Below are positions 44,286 through 54,734 of a stretch of 64,000 bases of DNA, piece after piece. Location: contig CAVTCR010000062.1 in the NCBI GenBank assembly GCA_963733195.1, forward strand, positions 32,001 to 96,000. The letters run 5' to 3'. A program made the translations under genes and the position numbers. Under the pieces are notes generated by a model. The model was not told where the DNA came from and did not search any database. It saw only the letters and a program-made list of their open reading frames with translations. Each line of letters opens with the position of its first letter. Position 1 is the stretch's first letter. Source of the DNA: an uncultured delta proteobacterium. GTDB taxonomy: Bacteria; Desulfobacterota; Binatia; Bin18.

Positions 44286-45590
44286 ATGTCGCACGTTGTG
44301 ATTATCGGTGGAGGGTTTGGTGGACTGTACGCCGCTCGTACGCTGAAAGACGCTCCGGTACAGGTAACCCTGATTGACCGCCGCAATTTTCACCTTTTTC
44401 AACCCTTGCTCTATCAAGTCGCCACCGGCTGGTTGTCGCCTGCGGATATTGCCTCTCCTCTACGCGCTATCCTTAAACGGCAGCGCAATGTCCAAGTGCT
44501 GCTGGCAGAGGCAACTGACATCGATGTGCCCAATAGGCGCGTTATCCTCAAGGATGGAGAGGTAAATTACGATACGCTTATTGTCGCCACCGGCGCACGG
44601 CATCACTACTTTGGCAATACGCAGTGGGAACAATTTGCTCCCGGTCTTAAGACTATTGAAGATGCCACGGAGATCAGACGCCGCATCTTATTCGCCTTCG
44701 AAGCCGCTGAACGTGAATCCGACCCCGAGGTCGTGCGAAGCTGGCTGACGTTTGTCATTGTTGGCGGTGGACCAACTGGAGTGGAGCTAGCCGGGACTCT
44801 AGGAGAACTCACCCAGGACACACTGCGCCATAACTTCCGCCACATCAATCCGACTGAATCTCGCATTCTCTTAGTGGAAGGGACAGACCGTATTCTTCCG
44901 GCCTATCCAGCCGAACTCTCCGCTAAAGCTGAGGCAGCGTTGGCGCGATTGGGGGTCAGTGTCCGTACTGGGGCAACGGTAACAGATGTTCAATCTGATG
45001 CAGTTATCCTACGCAGCAACGAGCAGAGCGAACAGCTTGCAACCCGCACCGTGATATGGGCTGCGGGCGTGCAAGCATCTCCCCTCGGTCGTCTTCTTGC
45101 CACTGCAACTGGCGTCGAACTTGATCGCGCAGGTCGGGTCATAGTGGCACCAGATCTCAGTGTCCCTGGTCATCCCGACATCTTTGTCATCGGCGACCTC
45201 GCCCACTACCGCAACCAACACGGTCAGCCGCTTCCTGGCGTTGCCCCCGTTGCTATGCAGCAAGGACACTATGTTGCTGAGGTGATTCGTCACCGTTTAC
45301 GTGGCCAGACACTCCCACCGTTCCAGTACCATGATCGTGGCAGCATGGCGATTGTCGGGCGAGCTGAAGCTGTGGCCGACGTTAGTGGATGGCGCTTTTC
45401 TGGATTGCTCGCGTGGTTGGCCTGGCTCTTCATTCATTTGATCCAACTCGTCGAATTTGAGAATCGCTTCCTCGTTCTCATCCAGTGGGCATGGAATTAC
45501 TTCACGCGCAATCGCAGTGCTCGGCTGATCACCGGAGAACTGCCATCCTCGCAAATATCACAGGAACGCAAGTCCCTTAATGAAATGTAA
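44286..45590 (+). CDS. ndh: Type II NADH dehydrogenase
   Basis: GGGFGG, FQPLLYQVATG, VGGGPTGVELAG, WAAGV, IGD, AMQQG. Confidence 0.92.
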   Translation: MSHVVIIGGGFGGLYAARTLKDAPVQVTLIDRRNFHLFQPLLYQVATGWLSPADIASPLRAILKRQRNVQVLLAEATDIDVPNRRVILKDGEVNYDTLIVATGARHHYFGNTQWEQFAPGLKTIEDATEIRRRILFAFEAAERESDPEVVRSWLTFVIVGGGPTGVELAGTLGELTQDTLRHNFRHINPTESRILLVEGTDRILPAYPAELSAKAEAALARLGVSVRTGATVTDVQSDAVILRSNEQSEQLATRTVIWAAGVQASPLGRLLATATGVELDRAGRVIVAPDLSVPGHPDIFVIGDLAHYRNQHGQPLPGVAPVAMQQGHYVAEVIRHRLRGQTLPPFQYHDRGSMAIVGRAEAVADVSGWRFSGLLAWLAWLFIHLIQLVEFENRFLVLIQWAWNYFTRNRSARLITGELPSSQISQERKSLNEM

Positions 45591-45608
45591 TGGATTCTTC
45601 TGCGTTCG

Positions 45609-45663
45609 CCCTTCGACTACGCTCACCTGTGCCTGCGGCACTGGCGCAGGCAGGACAGGCTCC
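45609..45663. repeat. CCCTTCGAC-type REP with a nested hairpin
   Basis: cccttcgactacgctca[cctgtgcctgcggcactggcgcaggc]aggacaggctcc. Confidence 0.7.
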
Positions 45664-45713
45664 GGCGGGCATCCAAAGATAAGGTTTTGGGATGACTTGC
45701 GCTTCCTCGGCAG

Positions 45714-46805
45714 CTATTTCTCTAGCGTGGCAAACCACGGCAAAACAATCTGTTCGTTGATCCTATACGGATACGCGTGCCCCCAGTCGGGAAGCTCTCG
45801 ATAAGTGACGTTATATCCAATGCGCTCAAAGAGCTGGCACGCTTGACGGGCGGTCTCGATCGGGAAAATCGCATCGTGGACGCCATGCACGACAAGGAAC
45901 GGAGTCTCGATCCCTTTCTTCTGTCGCAAGAGCGGGTCCATCATCGGATGGAAGTCACCAGCAATCGGCGCAATGCCAGCAAATAATTCTGCTGACGCGA
46001 GACCAAAAAGGTATGAAAAGGTCCCACCGTCAGAGAGTCCGGAGAGATATACCCGTTTGCGGTCAACGTTGTAGGTCTCGCATATTTCCGTCAGCATCGT
46101 CTGAATCGAGCGAATGTCGAGCGGAGGTTGCAAAACTGACCACGTCGGCCCAATCGATTTGGGTGAGAGGAGCAAGTAGCCGTTGCTCTTGGCTGGCCGC
46201 AGCCACGTCCAGATATATTCATTTCCTTGCCCATAGCCACCGTGAAGACAAACGACTAATGGCCAGTCTTGTTGTGGCGTGTAATTTTCTGGAACATAGA
46301 GTGAATATTCGTGATGTGTGTTGGTTCGTCCTTTGTGAATAAATCCGACTGGCACTGTCAGTCCAGAAGCTCGCGTTTCTAGTTGCTGCCATGAAGGGAG
46401 AGCCTCAGCCGTCACCCAATACTGCTGCAACGCTGGTAGTTGCTCCCGAAGCTCATACAAGAGGTATAATCCTTGACACCAACTTTGCCGACTGCGGAGA
46501 AACCACTCGGCAAAACTGCGACCAGATCCTTTGAGCAACGCAGTATACGCGTCGCCACAGGAGGAGACGGCCTGGGCGAACTTGGCCTGGAATTCTCGCG
46601 CGGGTTCTGGTGGTGGCAGTTTTGTGACTTCCTCGGTGAGGGTGGGAAACAGATTTTCTCCTATAGCACGTACACGCTCCTGTGCTTCTCGTTCACGGCC
46701 AATCAGAATCTCTTCTTGCATCGCCTCAAGTATACGAAGGAATGGGAGGAGTTGTTCTTCGGTCTTTTGTATCGTCTCCCAGTATTCTCTGTTCGTCGCT
46801 TCCAT
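45714..46805 (-). CDS. Alpha/beta-hydrolase (phospholipase/carboxylesterase) with a helical N-domain
   Basis: YVPENY, LHGG, GLSDGG nucleophile, HGVHDAIFP, GH. Confidence 0.82.
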   Translation of the reverse strand: MEATNREYWETIQKTEEQLLPFLRILEAMQEEILIGREREAQERVRAIGENLFPTLTEEVTKLPPPEPAREFQAKFAQAVSSCGDAYTALLKGSGRSFAEWFLRSRQSWCQGLYLLYELREQLPALQQYWVTAEALPSWQQLETRASGLTVPVGFIHKGRTNTHHEYSLYVPENYTPQQDWPLVVCLHGGYGQGNEYIWTWLRPAKSNGYLLLSPKSIGPTWSVLQPPLDIRSIQTMLTEICETYNVDRKRVYLSGLSDGGTFSYLFGLASAELFAGIAPIAGDFHPMMDPLLRQKKGIETPFLVVHGVHDAIFPIETARQACQLFERIGYNVTYRELPDWGHAYPYRINEQIVLPWFATLEK

Positions 46806-46828
46806 CAGTACACCTCGTTTCCACTTCG

Positions 46829-46917
46829 CCCTTCGACAAGCTCAGGACGAACGATTGATTCGGCGCGCACAGCGCGCCCTACATTTTCTACCCATCCGCA
46901 ATCTGCAATCCGCAATT
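46829..46917. repeat. Cluster of three repeat types: CCCTTCGAC REP, GTAGGG REP and ATCCGCA heptamers
   Basis: cccttcgacaagctcaggacgaacg; cggcgcgcacagcgcgccctac; atccgcaatctgcaatccgcaat. Confidence 0.75.
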
Positions 46918-46926
46918 GACAATTTC

Positions 46927-47514
46927 CTACTTTCCAATTTTCACACTCATCTCCTCACCCATGCCAATCGACAGGAGCTGACTGCGTACATTTGAATAGG
47001 CACGAACATGTTCCTGATACCGCTGCATAGTTTCCTGAAACGTCGCTGGATAAGTGATGTTATCAGCAACGACACAGCCACCGACACGCAGTTTTGGTAG
47101 CAGGGCATCGAAGTAAGCAATGTAGTCGTCTTTCCACGCGTCGACAAATGCCAAGTCAATTGGCCCGTTGAGCTCGCGGACAATTTGTTTTGCATCACCA
47201 AAGCGGACTTCGACAATATCTGACAATCCCGCACGAGCAAGATTGCTCACCGCTTGTTTATGTTTGGCTTCGATCGCTTCCATACCAATGACCTGGCCGC
47301 CAGTTGCGCGTGCAGCTTCTCCCAACCAAATGGCGGTGTAGCCGATCGACGTTCCCACTTCGACAATCCGTTTCGCACCCGTCGTACGGATCAAGAGATT
47401 CAAAAAGCCCGCCGTCTCCGGTCCAGCCGCCAAGGCAAATTGATCAACGTCAATCGGTCGCCCAGAGTTGAATTCTTCAGCTTCACGTTTCAAGCGTTCA
47501 TGAAGTTCATCCAA
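46927..47514 (-). CDS. SAM-dependent O-methyltransferase (COMT/CCoAOMT-like)
   Basis: VEVGTSIGY, FVDAWKDDY, VADN. Confidence 0.88.
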   Translation of the reverse strand: MDELHERLKREAEEFNSGRPIDVDQFALAAGPETAGFLNLLIRTTGAKRIVEVGTSIGYTAIWLGEAARATGGQVIGMEAIEAKHKQAVSNLARAGLSDIVEVRFGDAKQIVRELNGPIDLAFVDAWKDDYIAYFDALLPKLRVGGCVVADNITYPATFQETMQRYQEHVRAYSNVRSQLLSIGMGEEMSVKIGK

Positions 47515-47678
47515 TACCTATCTGCACTCGTTGTTCCATTGTTCCTCCAGCTCTGTTACGCCAAATGATGAACGTGAATGATAACGGTGAACGACACATA
47601 GAACACGAAGTCACTTTTCCCAGAAGATCGTGCGCATACTCCGTTACAAAGCTAATTCATCATTCTGCATTTTCCTCC

Positions 47679-49217
47679 CTACCGCAGGTTCAACCGCTTC
47701 ATGATCCTCGACAGGTTTGACTGCGGAAGCTGCAAACGTCGCGCGGCCTCAGTCTGATTCCCCCCTGAGGCCGCTAGCGCCTTGCGGATTCGCATCCGAG
47801 AGAATTCGTCGATTGCTAAAGACAGGGATAACGATTCATCAATTTCGTCAACAGTAGAGGTTCCGTCTGACCTGACGCCGGACTGCCCATTCATTCCAAC
47901 TGGCAGATCGGCCAGCGTTATACGTACTCCTTGCGAAAGTACGACTGCACGTTCAATGGTGTTTTGTAGCTCGCGCACATTTCCTGGCCAAGCGTAGTTC
48001 TGCAAACGATCGAGCGCCTCTGGCTCGATCGTCATCGGCATGTGGTTCATCTCACGGCAGTAGTGCTCAACAAAATGGTGAACCAAAGCGGAAATATCCT
48101 CACGACGTTCTCGTAGTGCAGGAAGAGTCAAAGCAACAACATTGAGGCGATAGTACAAATCCTCACGAAATGTGCCTTTGCGCATCGCCTGCTGTAAATC
48201 ACGATTCGTCGCCGCAAGAATGCGAACATCGACATGGAGGTCTTTCACGCCGCCCACGCGTTGGAACTCTTTGTCTTGTAAAACCCGGAGCAACTTCACT
48301 TGCAGATTCGGAGCAAGATCGCCAATTTCATCCAGAAAAATGGTGCCACCGTCTGCCAGCTCGAACTTTCCCTTTTTCTGAGCAATGGCGCCAGTAAAGG
48401 CTCCTTTCTCGTGTCCGAACAGCTCGCTCTCCAGCAACTCTGGGGTCAGCGCGGTACAGTTCACCGCAATAAACGGTTGCTCTGCACGTGGACTCCATTC
48501 ATGAATCGAACGGGCCACAACTTCTTTCCCAGTGCCGCTCTCACCAAGGAGTAGCATAGTGCTCGGCGTTGCCGCTGCTACCCGTGCCAAGCGTAAGACC
48601 TCCTGCATTGCTGCGCTTGACCCAGTCACCAGGCGGTACCGGCCCTGTACGGTTTCCTGAAAGGCAGCGCTGACATTACGCACGCTGGCAAATGCCCTAG
48701 CACGCGAGAGCGCGGTCGTCGCTAAACTCGCAAACGCTGAGAAGAGATGCAAGTCAGCGTCAGTAAATCCCTCAGGCGTAGTCGTGTTTAACGCTTCGAT
48801 CACGCCGATAACACGATCATACTGTTTAAGGGGAGCACACATCACTGACTTCGTTTCGAACCCTGTCTGTTGGTCAACCCCCGTGAAGAATCGTGGGTCC
48901 TGTGACACATCATTAGAGAAAACTTCTTGCCCTCTCCGTGCGACCCAGCCCGCAATCCCTTGGTCGAGCGCAATACGAAATTCAGCGACTTTGGCTTTTC
49001 CCTCCATCGTGGTGAATGCAAGCTGCTGGGCAGCCGCATCGACTAATCCGATACTGCACCCTTCAACAGCAAACAGGCGAATCGCTGCGGCAAGAATAAC
49101 GTGTAGCAACTCCTCCGGCTCTACTGTGCTCACCAAGAGCTGGTTCATCTCGATTAGACTCGTGAGCCGTGCCTGCGCTTGTTCGAGATCTGTTGGCATA
49201 CCAGTTCGATATATCAC
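47679..49217 (-). CDS. Sigma-54-dependent enhancer-binding protein (GAF-AAA+-Fis HTH)
   Basis: GAF domain ([18 protein letters not shown]); [37 protein letters not shown]. Confidence 0.93.
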   Translation of the reverse strand: MIYRTGMPTDLEQAQARLTSLIEMNQLLVSTVEPEELLHVILAAAIRLFAVEGCSIGLVDAAAQQLAFTTMEGKAKVAEFRIALDQGIAGWVARRGQEVFSNDVSQDPRFFTGVDQQTGFETKSVMCAPLKQYDRVIGVIEALNTTTPEGFTDADLHLFSAFASLATTALSRARAFASVRNVSAAFQETVQGRYRLVTGSSAAMQEVLRLARVAAATPSTMLLLGESGTGKEVVARSIHEWSPRAEQPFIAVNCTALTPELLESELFGHEKGAFTGAIAQKKGKFELADGGTIFLDEIGDLAPNLQVKLLRVLQDKEFQRVGGVKDLHVDVRILAATNRDLQQAMRKGTFREDLYYRLNVVALTLPALRERREDISALVHHFVEHYCREMNHMPMTIEPEALDRLQNYAWPGNVRELQNTIERAVVLSQGVRITLADLPVGMNGQSGVRSDGTSTVDEIDESLSLSLAIDEFSRMRIRKALAASGGNQTEAARRLQLPQSNLSRIMKRLNLR

Positions 49218-49339
49218 TTTAGTATTGCAGGCAAAGGGTGAACGAGCTGGGCTTCCTGCGGTCTAAGTGAGAGTAGAAAAAATTTCAGCAAAATAGCTAC
49301 TTTTCGTTTCCTCGAGTTTTTTTATGACGGTCATCCTCC

Positions 49340-49355
49340 TGGCACATTTTCTGCT
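49340..49355 (+). promoter_or_regulatory. Sigma-54 (-24/-12) promoter
   Basis: TGGCAC-ATTTT-CTGCT with exact GG-N10-GC spacing; divergent from an enhancer-binding protein gene. Confidence 0.75.
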
Positions 49356-49406
49356 CAGACACTCTAAGTGAGAATAATAGAAACGAAAGGAAAGGGGGTA
49401 CATCCC

Positions 49407-49616
49407 ATGTTGAACTTCATCTCTATGGTTGGTCCTGCAAGCGCGACGGTCAATTTTACCGATGATTTCTCTATCCTCTTGTCTGGCTTGATTGGTTTGA
49501 TCTGGTTGTCGGCAGGGATGATCATCGTCTCAGCTCTACGAGAAGCATTCTCTCGACCAGTAAAACCTGCGCCGCTCATGACGAATGACGTTCCGGAACA
49601 TCGGCTCGCCGCGTAA
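49407..49616 (+). CDS. Small single-TM protein (69 aa) ending in RLAA
   Basis: Purine-rich RBS region; hydrophobic ILLSGLIGLIWLSAGMIIVSAL. Confidence 0.65.
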   Translation: MLNFISMVGPASATVNFTDDFSILLSGLIGLIWLSAGMIIVSALREAFSRPVKPAPLMTNDVPEHRLAA

Positions 49617-49669
49617 CACTAGGAATCACAATACCCATCACCATCGACAAAGAAGAGGAGACTCAACTC

Positions 49670-49897
49670 ATGGCACACAATATTTCGTACAATCTCTCAT
49701 CGCATCTGGAAGCACGAACGACAACAACACCAGCGCAGCCGATGACATCCCATGAGTGGTTCCATGCACGGCAGGCTGTTTCTGGTATCGCAGGAGAACA
49801 TATCGCCGGTGCTGTCCTTACTGCGGTATTGGTAATCTGGGGTGGCTGGCTGATGTGGGCACTTTCGCACGCAATAGAAACATACCGCGTCTTTTAA
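49670..49897 (+). CDS. Small single-TM protein (75 aa)
   Basis: RBS GAGGAG; TM segment IAGAVLTAVLVIWGGWLMWAL. Confidence 0.7.
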   Translation: MAHNISYNLSSHLEARTTTTPAQPMTSHEWFHARQAVSGIAGEHIAGAVLTAVLVIWGGWLMWALSHAIETYRVF

Positions 49898-50018
49898 GGG
49901 TGTTGAGTAATCAAGAGGAGGGGTCCCCGTTTCTCTCTCATCCTGATCTTCTCCCCTGAGGGGAGAAGGGACCTATAGCCGTGTCTGCCTAACAAGTACC
50001 GCACCCTATTGCTTTTCA

Positions 50019-51575
50019 CTACAATCGTAACGGCCACGACAATAGGGGACGCTCGGCGACAGGTCGGGGAAAACGTTCCCCACATACGTAATCGAACGAA
50101 CGTATAATCACTGAGCGTGTGGCACGTGGGTCGATCACATCATCAATATGAAAGTCCCCGGCAGCTCCCCACGGAGCAGTATTGAAGTCGGTACTCTCAG
50201 CTAAAATCCGTTCGCGCTCTGCATCCGGATCTGCTGCAGCCGCGATCCGTTTTCCGTGTACGACGTTCACACCAACGCGAGGGTCGATAAAAGAAATATC
50301 TGCACCCGGCCAGGCATAGATAAAGTCGTTATTCGAGTTTGTTCCCGCCATGCTGAAAAAAGCCATTCCATACGCTTTGCGAATGATGATGGTCACCTTC
50401 GGCATTGTTGCTAGAGCCAGTGCCTGAAACCAGCGGAGAATCTTCGTGATGATTCCGGCGCGTTCTGCTTCACGACTGACAAAAAAGCCTGGGACATCTT
50501 GCAGATATACCATCGGAATGTTGAATGCCTCACATAGACAGGTGAAGTGTATCGCCTTGTCACAGCCTGCGGCATCAATTGACCCAGCAAAGAAGTAGGG
50601 GTTGCTAGCAATAATGCCAACAGAGCGCCCACCAATGCGAGCAAGAGCAGTGATGAGCGACGGACCATACTGTGGTCGTAACTCAAGGAACGTGCCGTCG
50701 TCGGTGAGACGTGGAATCATCCTACGCATGTCGTACCCGCGATTGCGACGTTTCGGTATCATCTCCGGCAGTTTTTCGTCGAGCATATCGTAGTTCTCAT
50801 CCCACGCGGTCCGCGTTGGGATTGACTCGGCATTTTGCGGCATGAACGATAACCAGTGACGAATTTGAGAGAATGCCTCCATTTCATCCTCTGCTACCAC
50901 GTCAAGTTGTCCGGTCAATTGAGCATGGACCTCGACGCCGCCGAGGTCTTCGAAATCGACCTTCTCACCAGTTGCAATTTCAATCACCCGTGGTGATGAA
51001 ACCGCCATACAGGTTCCACGCATCTGCACAACGAAATCCGAGACAGCGGCATACCACGACGACCCACCGAACGATTCACCGAGAATCGCAGTGATCATCG
51101 GCACTGTCCGATTGCGTTTCACTAACTCGAGGGACACGCCAAATCGCGGCAACCCGCGCGAAGTCATAATGTCAGGAATTCGTGCTCCGCCGCATTCACC
51201 GAGGAAGATAAACGGAAAGCCGTGCTTGTATGCCATGTTCTCGATGCGTTCGACTTTCTTCATCCCAACGTATGACGAGCTAGCGTGAAACACGGTGACA
51301 TCATCTGCGCCCACACCAACTTTGCGTCCGGCAATAGTGCCGAGGCCAATAATTTTGCCATCACCTGGAGAGCGGTCAGCAACTTCATCGCGCTCAGAGT
51401 GTGCCAGTGCTCCAAGTTCCATGAAGCTACCGGGATCGAGTAGTGCTGAGATCCGTTCACGGGCAGTCATGCGACCTTTACGGTGCTGGGCCTCAATCTT
51501 GTCTGGCCCACCCATATTGGTAATCACCTGTTCTTTTCGACGTATGAGTTCTTGAATGTCTTTATCTTCAGTCAT
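50019..51575 (-). CDS. Acyl-CoA carboxylase carboxyltransferase (beta) subunit
   Basis: GRMTARERI..LLDPGSF, GGARI, DVPGF, IRKAYG, IDDVIDP. Confidence 0.9.
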   Translation of the reverse strand: MTEDKDIQELIRRKEQVITNMGGPDKIEAQHRKGRMTARERISALLDPGSFMELGALAHSERDEVADRSPGDGKIIGLGTIAGRKVGVGADDVTVFHASSSYVGMKKVERIENMAYKHGFPFIFLGECGGARIPDIMTSRGLPRFGVSLELVKRNRTVPMITAILGESFGGSSWYAAVSDFVVQMRGTCMAVSSPRVIEIATGEKVDFEDLGGVEVHAQLTGQLDVVAEDEMEAFSQIRHWLSFMPQNAESIPTRTAWDENYDMLDEKLPEMIPKRRNRGYDMRRMIPRLTDDGTFLELRPQYGPSLITALARIGGRSVGIIASNPYFFAGSIDAAGCDKAIHFTCLCEAFNIPMVYLQDVPGFFVSREAERAGIITKILRWFQALALATMPKVTIIIRKAYGMAFFSMAGTNSNNDFIYAWPGADISFIDPRVGVNVVHGKRIAAAADPDAERERILAESTDFNTAPWGAAGDFHIDDVIDPRATRSVIIRSFDYVCGERFPRPVAERPLLSWPLRL

Positions 51576-51730
51576 CGACAGGTCTCCCCATGGTCAGCGT
51601 TTAATCGTGAGCTATCAGAAAAGAGAAGGTGAGGACTAGGGGTGAGAGATGAGGAGAGGGGAAAGAAGAACCCACGAGGTTGTGAACGTTGACAGGAGAA
51701 TAAGACTATACCAGAGTATAAAGGTAACCA

Positions 51731-52228
51731 ATGAACCGCCTTCCCATCACTCTTTTCTGGCTCCTTGTCGCCCTCTTTGTGAGCTATGTCATCTCATCGT
51801 CATCGGTACTGCCCAAGCAAATGGCAACGCATTTTGACGGTGGGGGAATGCCAAATGGCTGGATGTCTCGTAATGGTTATATCCGATTTATGCTCGCGTT
51901 TGGACTCGGCGTTCCATTTTTCGTCGTAGGACTTCATTACTTCCTCGCACGTTATGCTGGCAACCAATTCAACATTCCTAACCGTGAGTATTGGCTTGCA
52001 CCAGAGCGACGCGCCGATACGTTGCGTTTTGTGATCTATCATTCTTGGTGGCTGGGCTGTCTCATGCTGTTGTTTATCCTGGCCAGTCATTATCTGCTTC
52101 TTGCCACCAATCGTTCGTCCCCCCCGCACCTGCCCACCGTCCCGTTTCTTCTGCTTATCGTTGCGTTTCTCGTTGCGCTCGGTGGTTGGATTGTCGTACT
52201 CATGACCCGCTTCCGCAAAAAGTCGTAG
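51731..52228 (+). CDS. DUF1648 membrane protein
   Basis: LPKQMATHFDGGGMPNGW; NIPNREYW; four TM helices. Confidence 0.82.
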   Translation: MNRLPITLFWLLVALFVSYVISSSSVLPKQMATHFDGGGMPNGWMSRNGYIRFMLAFGLGVPFFVVGLHYFLARYAGNQFNIPNREYWLAPERRADTLRFVIYHSWWLGCLMLLFILASHYLLLATNRSSPPHLPTVPFLLLIVAFLVALGGWIVVLMTRFRKKS

Positions 52229-52275
52229 TTCGATAAGAATCTCGGCAACAGCCATACAGAGAAGAAATAAAAACT

Positions 52276-53235
52276 ATGCTGAAGAAAATCGTGATCTCCC
52301 TTGTTGTGGGAATCATCTCGTTGAGCCTTTTCCAGCCTGCCGCTCGTGCAGCCGACAACCCGTGCCAGGAAGCCCAGGAAATTCTCGGATTATCTCTTTC
52401 CGCCCCAGCGAAACGCGAGTCAGACACTTCTCCTGTTCTGGTGGTCACGGAGGTTCTGCCGCTCAGTCAGGCTGCTCGGTTAGGTATCACCAAAGGGGAT
52501 ACCATCGAGCAGATCAACAGTTGGCGTGCACGCGACTGTCAAAGCTATAGTCGTGCAGTTCAGGATGCGCGGAGTGAACAGAAAGCAATCTTACTGCTCA
52601 TGACTCACAAAGAACGGCGACAAACACTCGCATTTGAACCAGAGATCTGGGTACGAAAGGAAAAAGAAAAACAAGAGAAGGAAGCCGTGGCGTCACTCCA
52701 AACGATGTTAGCGGCTCCGTTGCCTACAGAGCTGAAAGGCAAAGTAGGCAACGTCGGTGACCGCGCGCTCACAATCTTACACGATGTAGAAACAGTAACG
52801 CTGGCGTCGGGGAAACCGACTGCGTATGAAGAAGAAATGGTAACCGCGCGTGCACAGCTCCGCGCCCTCGATCAGACTAGTCAAAGTGAGGCTGAAAAGC
52901 GTGTCGTCGCTGGGGCAAAAGTGTTGCTAGACTACTACCTCGCGGCACAAGAAATTCGGCAATACAAACAAGATTTCGTCAAGGAAGAACGAAAAGATCT
53001 TCGTAAAGGGCGGGGGGCGATGTTTCAATCCACAAGCATTCCATACTTTCTCAAATCACCTGTACCTGGCTGGATTGACCGTTATCCGTTTCTTCGAGTG
53101 AGTGTGAACGAAACTCCGCGCACGGAGAATTTTCTTGAACGCCCAGGTCACTGGGACCCTGACAAAGCCGTCACTCTCTTATGGGAAAAAGCCAAAGAAG
53201 AAACCGCAACGTTCGCACGATGGCTCAAACAGTGA
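52276..53235 (+). CDS. Exported PDZ-domain protein
   Basis: Signal peptide; VTEVLPLSQAARLGITKGDTIEQIN. Confidence 0.72.
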   Translation: MLKKIVISLVVGIISLSLFQPAARAADNPCQEAQEILGLSLSAPAKRESDTSPVLVVTEVLPLSQAARLGITKGDTIEQINSWRARDCQSYSRAVQDARSEQKAILLLMTHKERRQTLAFEPEIWVRKEKEKQEKEAVASLQTMLAAPLPTELKGKVGNVGDRALTILHDVETVTLASGKPTAYEEEMVTARAQLRALDQTSQSEAEKRVVAGAKVLLDYYLAAQEIRQYKQDFVKEERKDLRKGRGAMFQSTSIPYFLKSPVPGWIDRYPFLRVSVNETPRTENFLERPGHWDPDKAVTLLWEKAKEETATFARWLKQ

Positions 53236-53328
53236 GGAGGGATTGAGTGAATGAGTGACGAGGGATGAGCAATGAGTAATGGACAAGATGATACTTTTCT
53301 GTGCTCATCGCTCAGCACTCCTTACTCG
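53236..53328. repeat. 7-nt periodic inverted repeat (TGAG / CTCA) between convergent genes
   Basis: ttgagtgaatgagtgacgagggatgagcaatgag ... gctcatcgctcagcactccttactc. Confidence 0.75.
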
Positions 53329-53338
53329 GAACTATTCA

Positions 53339-54577
53339 TCAGAACGGCCACCATCGTTTCCACCAACTCGCTTTCTCAATCTCTTGTGTTGCAATAGCAG
53401 GAACAGTACTGACCACAGCCCCATCGAAACTGACAACAACCTCTCCCACCGCCTGTCCAACGGTTAACGGCGCCCAGACGCGATCTGGTGTTTTCACTGT
53501 CACCGCTACCTTCTTTTCTTCCCCCTTTTTCAACAAAATTTTCACGTCTTGTTTGGCAGCAATGGTAACATGCTCGGCAACACCACCACGAACAGCCAGA
53601 TCTTTTCCTTCGAGTACAACATTCCCTTGGACAGGCAAGAACATCCGGTAGGTCGCAAATCCATAATTCAACAATTGCGAGGCACTGGTAAAACAGGCCC
53701 CTTTCGTCGGTGTCCCCATAATGACAACGATCAGGCGCAAGTCTCCTTGTTTTGCACTTCCGGTGACACAAAATCCGGCTTTATTATGGAATCCGGTCTT
53801 GATCCCGTCGGCCCCAGGATAATTCTTCAACAGGTGGTTCGGGTTGACCAACGTGAACTGGCCATCACGAAACGGCTCCTGGATTTTCGCCGCCCACTCG
53901 GCGAGTTGTGGGAATTTCAGCACCTCGCGACCTAACGTTGCCAAGTCCGCTGCACTCATGACATCGTCCTGTTGGCCGGCTTCGGGTGGCAAGCCATGGA
54001 CACTGTGGAATCGTGTTTCCTTTAAGCCGAGCTGTGCAGCGCGATCGTTCATCAAATCGACAAAGGCGCCTGCATACCCACCCACGTACTCAGCAAGGGC
54101 AGCCGTCGCATCGTTGCCGGAGTGAATCATCGTCGCTTTCAGAAGCTCCTCAACCGTCATCTTCTCGCCTTCTTTAAGAAATACCTGCGAACCGCCCATT
54201 TTTGACGCCCAGCGGGACACTGTCACGACATCGCTCAACTTGATCGCACCATCACGTACCTTTTCCATGACGATGAGGCTGGTCATCATCTTCACCATCG
54301 ACGCAGGTGGTAACGGCTGGTGCGGATCTTTCTCGAATAAAACTTTGCCCGTCTCTGCTTCAATCAGAATCGCAGAAGTATAGGGGACCGGTTTTTCCGT
54401 TTTCTGGCTCTTTGGTGTAGAAGGCTGGGCAACGGGAGGGCTCTGGGCAGTTCCCCTAATTGGGGTTCCTAAGAGCACCAAGAGAACGGCTCCAAGGGTA
54501 AAGAAGGACCCGAGTTGTTTCCCTGATTGTCCGGTGTATATACCGAGGACGTGCCCCATGCTCCCCGAGATCCTCAT
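53339..54577 (-). CDS. dacA: D-alanyl-D-alanine carboxypeptidase (PBP5, S11; start uncertain)
   Basis: PASMVK (SxxK), SGND, HGL, KTGF, PBP5 C-domain. Confidence 0.9.
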   Translation of the reverse strand: MRISGSMGHVLGIYTGQSGKQLGSFFTLGAVLLVLLGTPIRGTAQSPPVAQPSTPKSQKTEKPVPYTSAILIEAETGKVLFEKDPHQPLPPASMVKMMTSLIVMEKVRDGAIKLSDVVTVSRWASKMGGSQVFLKEGEKMTVEELLKATMIHSGNDATAALAEYVGGYAGAFVDLMNDRAAQLGLKETRFHSVHGLPPEAGQQDDVMSAADLATLGREVLKFPQLAEWAAKIQEPFRDGQFTLVNPNHLLKNYPGADGIKTGFHNKAGFCVTGSAKQGDLRLIVVIMGTPTKGACFTSASQLLNYGFATYRMFLPVQGNVVLEGKDLAVRGGVAEHVTIAAKQDVKILLKKGEEKKVAVTVKTPDRVWAPLTVGQAVGEVVVSFDGAVVSTVPAIATQEIEKASWWKRWWPF

Positions 54578-54734
54578 TCCGCATCCTCTCTTCTGGAGAT
54601 TTTGTACAAGCGATGAGGCTTCATCTTTCGGCACGTCGTGCGGCCTGTCAAGTCGAACATTCAAGATATCCCCTTTTCTTGACAAAATTGCTCCATCCAC
54701 CAATTATGCATCATAAAAAGGAGGCACGAAGAAT

